A stretch of DNA of 7,293 nucleotides from positions 1 to 7,293 of the forward strand of contig JBHGNT010001491.1 in assembly GCA_043228905.1 (NCBI GenBank), read 5' to 3'. The notes below the pieces were generated by a model, which was given only the letters and a program-made list of their open reading frames with translations, was not told the origin of the DNA and made no database searches. The stretch is from Azolla caroliniana. Taxonomy: Eukaryota > Plantae > Polypodiophyta. Shown piece by piece: positions 1 to 7,293 of this stretch (positions are counted from its first letter, which is position 1; every line of letters begins with the position of its first letter). A program made the position numbers and the translations under genes.

Positions 1-109
1 CTTGCAATAATTGGCATATCTAAGGAATCCAACAATTGTGTTTGAAACCAGCTAAAAAGCAATCTAGTTCAAAAGGCAATGGCACTTTTTCCTTACCTGC
101 CTTGTTAGT

Positions 110-118
110 AAACCCTAA
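110..118. promoter_or_regulatory. Telo-box motif AAACCCTAA
   Basis: Exact match to the plant telo-box consensus. Function here is unproven. Confidence 0.35.
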
Positions 119-496
119 CATTTTCCACCAGTGAAAATACAAGGGGCTTTTTTTCAAGTGGGAATTTGCTTGCTCTGTTCAGAGATCCAAAATTTTTATT
201 TTTGAGAGTTTTGAGGCCTCCTTTGATTGTTGCCTCAAGGTTGAAAAAGGGAAAATCTGATTATTTGCTTGATCAGTAAGATCGAGAAGAGAAGCTCACC
301 ATCAGATACCCTATTATCTCGTCTTGTACTATGTCCAAAATGTAAAAAAAAACAAAAGTGTTCACTATGTCCACCATCTCATATTGTATTATGTACACCT
401 CCATGTCTCGAATGGCCAATGCTTTCTTAAGTATGGAAAAAGAAAGGGATGAAGCTATGATTATGTGATTTGCTATGCAATTAAATGTCTACCATG

Positions 497-1029
497 AGGG
501 AAATAAAAATGTCTGGTATGGTTGAAGGTTGTAGCACGCTAGATGTGTGTATATATATATATATATATACATACATGTACAAATTGTGTTTGTTGCAATT
601 TAGCTAATGCTATAACCTCATGTACACTTGTTATGATTCATTTATTGTCCCTTGTTTACTGTATGAAATTTGGTAGCATGATTTCCCTAACTGATCTACA
701 TTATCATTTGGATTGAACTGGGTTGTATGATTTGTGGAGTTGTTTAGTATTGTTTAAGGGAAATAAAAACGTATCTGGTATAGTTGTGCCTTGTGGAACG
801 TTAGATGTATATACATGTGCAATTGTGGTGGTTGCAATTGAGCAAATGCTATGAATTTCATTTACACTTACTATTATTCATTCCTTGTCGTATCAGATGT
901 ATATGCATGTGCAATTGTGGTTTGTTCATAGACTTGGTGGTGGTTAAGTGCTGTATAGAATTTAGTAGCATGGTGTATATAATTGATTTACATTATCATT
1001 TGGATTGCATTGGGTTGTATGGTTTGTGG
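497..1029. repeat. Diverged tandem duplication, offset 260 bp at its start (copy 1 about 497-756, copy 2 about 757-1029)
   Basis: Collinear shared blocks: AGGGAAATAAAAA, TCTGGTAT, TAGATGT, GTTGCAATT, AATGCTAT, TACACTT, GTAGCATG, TACATTATCATTTGGATTG, TGGGTTGTATG, TTTGTGG. Confidence 0.9.
550..569. repeat. (TA)10 microsatellite, flanked by (GT)n and TACA units
   Basis: Read directly from the sequence. Confidence 0.95.
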
Positions 1030-4000
1030 GACCCATTTTGTCACCTGCATCCGTTGCTTGTTGGGCTTCGTGTTTTGATATGGTTGTTTCATAATTCACA
1101 TGGGATTCTTATAGGTTGTTTGTTGGGATGGAATGGCAAGAGTTGTTTTCTATTCCAGCTCCTTTGCCTATTTGTCTTTGAGTTTGATGTTATAAAAAAG
1201 TGTTGATTGGATTATAATTGGTCATCACTTAGGATGCATAGTTTTAACCAAATACATGATCTAGAGCCCAATTTATGTTTACCGCTTGAGTTGGTAGTTT
1301 GTTGTTATAGGTGTTATTATACGAGTCTTGATTGCATGATTTCCATGGGTTTGCACTCGGCTTGTTTGCAGAAGTTTATCTCAATATAATGCTACATCAA
1401 GCATGTTATGGGTTTGTGTAATGTTTGTTTATATTGTGATAACTTACTACAAGGTTCTTGGAGTCTTAAGGTGTAATAAATGAAATAGAACTGTCAAGCA
1501 AGCATTATGAGAGTGTTGTTTTCATTCGCCATCTTTGAGGTGTTGTGTGTTTAGTCTTTAATTCTTCTTGGTTGGCTTGATCTTATGGATTGTAATAACT
1601 TGGAAGCTGATTTCTTCCGAGTTGGTTTTGGTTTTGAAAGTTTTAGTGATTCTTGGCATCTTTTGGTTATGAAAACTACTTTGATTTGGCATATGAGCAT
1701 ATGTACTTGTCTTCTGCAATACATAATGTAGTAGATGGGCCTCGAGTCAAGCGGTGTTGTAAAGATTTGGGAATCTTGGATAAAAGAAAACGAGAACTTA
1801 AAATGTGGATTCACCTAAGTTGAGGTGTGCAAAAGATTGAAGTAATCTAACAAGCCATCATATGGTTTAAATTTGTATGTTTATAGTTGATCTTATGTTT
1901 CTGTAAACGAGAATAATGATTCACTAGATTTCATACCGTACTATGATCATTATCAGTATCATGCCACCATTTTGCTAGACTAAGATTCATTCATGCAACA
2001 TGGTGCCATTTTTTGTGGAGAATACTAAGAAGATATACATTATCACACTTATAGTTGCTCATTATAAATCAACGTTATTTGTTTTCAGATGAACACATGA
2101 ATAGCTTGGTTGATGTTCCCTAAGGATCTTTGAATTTATCTTTCTATCTTGAATCATAGTTAAGTTATAAATGTATTGGCATGCAACTAGCACATGACAA
2201 AGCATGGCATAGTGAGGATCCATCATCTATATTGGATTTGTTATTGAGAACAAAAAATAAAGAATTTGACACTGTTGATATGTTGATATGCAGGAGATTG
2301 CCCAAATATAAAAGAAGTGTCAATCATTTTGAAATGAGCCTAGAAAACTTATGCTCCAACACTAATATTCCTTGGAAAGTCACATGTTTTGAGATACATG
2401 AAGAGTCATACTTGTAATCTTATTATAATCAAAAGTAGCAGTTGTTTATTGACTCACATCACAAAATATTCGGACTCTTTTCTTTGTGGGTTGTATGCAT
2501 ACAAATATGATAAAAGAACCCAAAAAGGCTCAGGGTTTGGATGTAAAGACAAAACATATAACAAGACAGTATGCACTGCTTGTTTTTCTATTGTTAGTTT
2601 TCGAACATAGCTTATTGTAGCACGAGCTTGTAGCTTGAGCTTCTGCGTGCAGATGTGCACATGTTTGGAACTATGCATGCCTTGTTGTAAAGCATTGATT
2701 TACCATTTTTATGTGATATTTTGTAAATTGCATTCAGTGACATATTTATTATGGCAAATTGTCCCCCATTAAAGTAGTGAATAAAGTGATCAACTTAGAA
2801 ACAAGACAATATATGTCCCCAATATGCGCTATGTGCATGTAACTAAGGCGAGCTTGACGTTGTAACTTGTGATATTAGATGGTATTTGCAAGTGTGAGAG
2901 TTTGAAGAATAAGTGAATTCGTAGAGGCTCTCATAACAAATAGTACATGCATTACGATACTCAAATAAGACATATGCCATTTTGGTAATTATAATACATG
3001 GTCATTAACGTAACTATGCTCGAGACGACATTACTTGTTGGCATTACACACAATATGCTAGCATCGTGTTTATACACCGGGTAGAAACCATTAGCTTATG
3101 TGGTGTAAGCATAACTTTTTGGGCACACTTCTATATTGATGAAAATGATGTTTAGATCCATTATCCAAAACATTGGCATATCCCTCTTAAAGATTATTAT
3201 ACGAGATCCATTGTTTAGATCTTCATTTTTTGTAGCCTTTTTAAGGTATTGCTATTAAACAAAAAATTACGAAACTTGAGGTAGACTATTCTATATTAGT
3301 ATGTAGGATGGAAATATCAAATCATTTTGAAGACGTGAATAAAATTATGGTTTCAATCGAACCAGAAGGTGCAAATATAACACGAGGTGTGAAGCACCAG
3401 TAAATGGCATAGTATAGCTCTCTCTTGATAATGTATCAATCATGAAAATGAGCTTAATGAAACATGAAAATACGTTGTTTTGTTTGAGATTAGAAGAGAG
3501 GCAAGATTTAACACGATGCATATTTGAGCTTACAACTTTGGATGATAAATAGAGCATCATTCAATCCCATGGTAGTTTTGTTACCTCCTTGCATTTTGAA
3601 TACACAAAATGGACGAGCAAATATTGAAAACAATCATTTTGAGGACTTCAATCTCTATTTCATTGCAATGGCTTCCTGAGTTCACGAAAATCCATCCCCC
3701 AAAACACAACTATAATGTGGGATTTAGGCCCAATAATAATTGTGATACCAGTTTGTTGATTGAAATGTCAAAAAATGTGACATGTGAGACTTGTAGGCTA
3801 AGAGCAAGACATAATCGAACTTCGAATCAAAGAAATACAAGCATGAAGTATCCATCAAAACTTTCAACAATAGATTGTGTTTTTAGTTGCTTATAAGTTT
3901 TGTGAAGTGTTGTTGTAGCTTCACGATGCTATTAACACAATTAATCCAAACATATGTTTGCCCTAAATTGAAACAATGAACACCTTTATCAACTACCTCA

Positions 4001-4379
4001 TGTTGGGTTTATAAAAGCATTGAAGGGTTTCTTCCTCGAACATGTAATAAAATAAAATGCTAGAATAACTATATTTAAAACAAGCATAACCATTAGAGAT
4101 GAACACAGTTTTCAATTTTGCACTGCTCCATTTTCATCGCGACGTGTTGACATGGGTGAGGATTGGATATCGTTATGTTGCTGGAGCCAAAACGATGCAC
4201 GACCTCATGAAAATAGTCAAGCATTCATACTACTACATGCATGGCAGTCAGGGCGAATAAGCCTTGGAACATTCACATGCATGTGTTTGTGTCCACTGCA
4301 AATTTCCAATAAATTATAAAGTGCCATCTCTTTGTGGGTTTTGAAGGATGCAAGGATTGCACGTAGGATGGACACAATG

Positions 4380-5129
4380 ATATCATCACACGGTTTAGAT
4401 TCCCTTTTTCCAAACAAAGTTATTTCGAAGAGTCTGAAACGGGCCCTATATTCACGAGGGTATTGAGCATCGACATTTTTTGTTCCACTGGGTTTGCAGG
4501 TCGGGCCAGATCGAAGTCCAAACACAAAACAATATATGAGCGTGATGGGCGATCGATGCCCCAGATAAAGTGAGGAAGGAATCATGGGAATCGGATCAAA
4601 ACTACATAGGAATGGGGATCGAAGTGATGACTGACAACCTAATAAAAAAAACAAACGGAATTGAAATTGGCTTAGAGAAGCGTTTAAAAAAAGGTTGGTC
4701 TTGTGGACTGAACGGAATGGCTCGAAATCGAGGGCTAGAATTAGAGGTTGGGGTGGCCATGGACATGATGGCGGGGTCAATACAGTGAAACTGGGACTTA
4801 TGGGCGGGCGGGCATCTCTCGGATCGTCTTCGCATGTTATGTACTTAACTTACTTCTTTAGCTTTCCAAGAGGAGGAAAAATGGAAGAGATGCTCTGTTT
4901 TGAAAAGAAATAAAAGAGAGACAGACCCCACTCCTCAAGTCCTGAATCAGGCCAAAGCTAAATTTAACCTAAGACAAAGTCTTAAGCTTCTAAGGGTTCT
5001 CTAAGGGTTTTCTCTAAGAGAAGAGAGCTCCCCACACCCTCTGACACACAGAGACAGAGGGAGAGGGAGAGAGAAAGAAGAAGAAGAAGAAGAAGTAAAA
5101 GGAAAGAAGCCATCCCTGGTTCATCTCAA
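4380..5129 (+). promoter_or_regulatory. Putative TPT promoter and first non-coding exon: CpG-rich zone, GC box (GGGCGGGCGGG 4802-4812), GA-rich leader (5050-5110)
   Basis: About 23 CpG by manual count in 4381-4840, versus 1 in 1981-2460. GA/GAA tracts are typical of plant TSS-proximal regions. No clear TATA box in 4900-5050. The exact TSS is unknown. Confidence 0.55.
5075..5095. repeat. (AAG)7 microsatellite in the putative 5'UTR
   Basis: Read directly from the sequence; preceded by GAGAGGGAGAGAG. Confidence 0.95.
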
Positions 5130-5535
5130 GTAAGAAGAAAAAGAATCCTTCTCTGTTATTTATGTGTGTTAATCTCCCAGTATGCTATCTGGCCTCCATG
5201 GATCTCTCACTTTGACTGCTTTCCCGATTTCTGCTCTTGATTACTTCGCCTTCTTCTTCTTCTTCTGATTCAATTTAGTGGGTTGTCTTCTTTTTTATTA
5301 GAATTAGGGCTGCTTTTATCGTCCAGTCTTCCCACTCCCGTAGAGTTGCTTCTGTCTGATCTATGTATTTCAAGCCTTTGGGCAGCTGAAATAGCATTCC
5401 TCGTTCCCTTAAAACAATTTTTTTGCAGGATCATTCTATATTTAATAGGATTTACGGCTTAGAACTTTGTAATTCTCTCTTTCCTCTGTTACTACGGTGT
5501 ACTTCTCTATACAAACTCTCGTTTTTGTCATGCAG
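5130..5535 (+). other. Probable 5'UTR intron of TPT
   Basis: Donor-like CAA|GTAAGA at 5130, a switch from purine-rich to T/C-rich sequence just downstream, and an acceptor GTTTTTGTCATGCAG| ending 12 nt before the ATG. An alternative acceptor TTTTTTTGCAG| ends at 5428. No transcript evidence is available. Confidence 0.6.
5250..5266. repeat. (CTT)5+ microsatellite in the putative 5'UTR intron
   Basis: CTTCTTCTTCTTCTTCT read directly; complementary to the (AAG)7 tract. Confidence 0.9.
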
Positions 5536-5547
5536 TTTTGAGATATC

Positions 5548-5888
5548 ATGACTTCTTCAACCGCAACATTTACAAGCTCTCAGTTAGCAAGATCTCCAAT
5601 GGAAGCAATTTCTAAAGGGAAGAGTTGTATTCTTGCTTCGTCACCGTTTTCTTCGTTTTATTATGCTCCTATATCAAGGTTGAATACAATGGAAGGTATC
5701 AGATTTTCTCTTAGATCTCCAACCAGTGAAAAAATCAAACTCAAATCATCTCTATTTGGAGTATCATTGTGTACGAATGGCCCTTCACTACCTTTGCTCT
5801 CAAAGAAGGATAATACTAAGAATAAATCTCTGGTGTGCATGGCTTCGTCTGCTGATGATGTTCCATCCGCAAGCGATCCGTCTATTCC
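5548..5888 (+). CDS. TPT: TPT coding exon 1: chloroplast transit peptide and start of the mature N-terminus
   Basis: ORF 5548..5892 in the track. It is Ser/Thr-rich, basic and poor in acidic residues until the putative cleavage region LVCMA-SS, then acidic (ADDVP). It ends at CC|GTAAGT (5889), phase 2. The start codon is less certain because in-frame ATGs also occur at 5599 and 5689. Confidence 0.88.
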
Positions 5889-7217
5889 GTAAGTTTTTTC
5901 TTTTTTCTTTTTTAGTTTCCTTTTAAAATTGGTTGGTCTATTTAGTTATTTTTTCTTTTAATTTATTGTGTTTTAGTTAGATTTCTTCTTAATATATTTC
6001 CCCCAACTTTTATTGATTTGTTCTGCGTGTTTTGATTATAATTTTCTCCTTGGTTTTTTAAATTATTTCCTTTTCTCTGATTTCTGGGGCAGTTTTTGTT
6101 TATTTATCTCCTCTGTTTCCAGATTCCTGGTTCATTTATTTCCCCAAAATTTTAGTTCATGCTGTGCCTGTCCTGTTTTTCGGGTCAAGTTTTTTTATCC
6201 AAGTTTATTTGGTTATCGTGTATTAGGGGTCAATCTGGTTTAATTCTCGAAGTTTCAATTAAATCTGTTCTTTATATGGTGTTAGTTTGTTTTGTTTTTT
6301 TCGGAGATTTGGTTTACTAGTTTTTTCTTTTAGATTTATGGTTTAAGGTTATGTTTTGTCAACCATTTGTGATAAAGGAATCATCATTATTTTGCTGAAA
6401 AATCATCATCATCATCTCTCTGTGGACAGGGTCATAGCTCAAAAATCTGAAGGCTTCTTAGAGAAGTACCCAGCGTTGGTGACCGGATTCTTCTTCTTCA
6501 TGTGGTAAGTAATGTCTTTATTCATATTCACATTCATGCCTGATGTATAAATATCCCCATGCCTAATGCTAGCAAGTATTTCAATGGTTCACACATGTTT
6601 TGGTGATTTATTTGAAAAACGGAAAAGCCAGTTCAAAATTTTGCATGGTTTTTATTTCAAAAATTTCCGTTTTAGTTTACAATGTTAAAAAATCCTGATT
6701 TGTTTGTGAAAAAATTACCGCAGTTTTCTTTTTTTTTCACAAAGACGTGACAGATGAGTCCTCCTCTTAGGGTACTTGTTTCTAAGGATGAGAATGATCA
6801 TGAGCATAACCAAGTGTCTTCAAATCTTATCATCCATGAATCATGATAGTGTTTCTTTTGGGGTTTGAACATTTGACAGTAGGCTCTTATTTATGATGAT
6901 ATGCTTATCCTGATAAATTGATTGCTTTTAGAAATCATATGCATGATGTGTGCTGATTTTGTTTTTATGATCTATGCAAATTTTTTGTCATTTTGCCCTC
7001 TACACTTCTCTGAAAAAGGTTAGAAAAATAACTGTATTTATTTTGCACCAGTAAATAATAAAAATATTAATGTGATATTTAAAAGAACAATTTAAATCTC
7101 AGGTGGATAAATTCTATGGTTTTGACTCATTTTTCTTTGTTTTATTTACAGGTATTTTTTGAATGTGATATTCAACATTCTCAACAAGAAGATCTACAAC
7201 TATTTTCCTTATCCATA
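5548..7217 (+). CDS. TPT: Chloroplast triose phosphate/phosphate translocator, 3'-incomplete; join(5548..5888,6430..6504,7152..7217), continues beyond the window
   Basis: Manual splicing at GT-AG sites gives one open frame: ...[53 protein letters not shown]. This matches from memory the first transmembrane region of plant TPT (Arabidopsis TPT/APE2: [40 protein letters not shown]). All junction phases are consistent. Confidence 0.96.
5889..6429 (+). other. TPT coding intron 1 (541 bp, GT-AG, phase 2)
   Basis: GTAAGT...GACAG, very T-rich as expected for a plant intron. Its removal restores the frame. Confidence 0.9.
6402..6416. repeat. (ATC)5 microsatellite just upstream of the exon 2 acceptor
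   Basis: Read directly from the sequence. Confidence 0.85.
6430..6504 (+). CDS. TPT: TPT coding exon 2 (75 nt): (P)[24 protein letters not shown](W)
   Basis: Flanked by GACAG| (AG 6428-6429) and TG|GTAAGT (6505). Encodes the TPT-typical [14 protein letters not shown]. Too short for the ORF track. Confidence 0.95.
6505..7151 (+). other. TPT coding intron 2 (647 bp, GT-AG, phase 2)
   Basis: GTAAGT...TTTTTCTTTGTTTTATTTACAG. It splits the Trp codon TG|G of the FFMWYF motif. Confidence 0.95.
7152..7217 (+). CDS. TPT: TPT coding exon 3 (66 nt): (W)[21 protein letters not shown](Y)
   Basis: T-rich tract then TTTACAG| (AG 7150-7151); donor TA|GTAAAT at 7218. Encodes the conserved plastid phosphate translocator motif [14 protein letters not shown]...FPYP. 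Confidence 0.96.
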
Positions 7218-7293
7218 GTAAATACTCTTCCACTCTCTGTGTTCTACTTTCTATGTACATTATCCTTCTGTAAAAAAGTAATACGGAGAGGAG
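7218..7293 (+). other. TPT coding intron 3 (start only, truncated by the window end)
   Basis: GTAAAT donor after the split Tyr codon TA|. Read-through would give TAG, and homology ends here. Confidence 0.88.

Noticed and set aside
497-1029. Repeats as a CRISPR array or an LTR pair
   Set aside because: Eukaryotic context, two long diverged adjacent units with no spacers, and no TG...CA termini, PBS, PPT or internal region recognised.
805-1389. ORFs 805..1206 and 1207..1389 (+)
   Set aside because: Leu/Cys/Val-rich translations arise from G/T-rich sequence overlapping the tandem duplication. No recognisable domain, and the second uses a TTG start irrelevant to a eukaryotic locus.
3149-3221. 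Short repeats TGTTTAGATC and AGATCCATT
   Set aside because: Only 9-10 bp in AT-rich DNA with no larger structure; probably local slippage or chance.
1551-3896. Short ORFs at 1551, 2181, 2389, 2454, 3345 and 3609
   Set aside because: All under 100 aa, some overlapping on opposite strands, with no recognisable motifs or consistent splice structure, in CpG-depleted DNA.
4355-4670. Light-responsive motifs (CACGTA near 4360, GATAAA near 4564, reverse CCAAT near 4666)
   Set aside because: CACGTA and GATAAA are not exact G-box (CACGTG) or I-box (GATAAG) matches, and such short words occur by chance.
4217-4913. 187-aa minus-strand ORF 4217..4780 and overlapping ORFs at 4570, 4602 and 4695
   Set aside because: Several overlapping frames in a GC-richer promoter zone, where stops are rarer. 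No family resemblance; best explained as chance ORFs.
5548-5892. 114-aa ORF as a standalone small protein
   Set aside because: Its stop lies inside the GTAAGT donor; it is exon 1 of the spliced TPT gene.
5726-6243. ORFs 5726..5926 and 6013..6243 (+)
   Set aside because: The first is an alternative frame of TPT exon 1. The second is a Phe-rich translation of the T-rich intron 1.
5886-7218. In-frame stop codons immediately at all three coding splice donors
   Set aside because: Automatic result of phase-2 introns starting GTAA (and TA|G at exon 3); not evidence of a special mechanism.

Overview
AT-rich eukaryotic (land plant) genomic DNA, not a prokaryotic locus. The right third holds the 5' part of a + strand nuclear gene for the chloroplast inner-envelope triose phosphate/phosphate translocator (TPT). 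Three coding exons (5548-5888, 6430-6504, 7152-7217), separated by phase-2 GT-AG introns, splice into one open frame: a Ser/Thr-rich transit peptide followed by [38 protein letters not shown]. The gene runs off the window in intron 3. Upstream lie a probable 5'UTR intron (about 5130-5535), a GA/AAG-rich leader and a CpG-rich promoter zone with no obvious TATA box (about 4380-5050). Positions 300-4300 look like old, CpG-depleted intergenic or repeat-derived DNA, including a diverged 260-bp tandem duplication. The first 300 bp carry minus-strand splice-donor and telo-box signals that may belong to a divergent gene. I find no evidence of a new multi-gene system. The most interesting observations are regulatory hypotheses for the TPT leader: an inverted AAG/CTT repeat bracketing the UTR splice donor, and a minimal uORF that depends on 3' splice-site choice.
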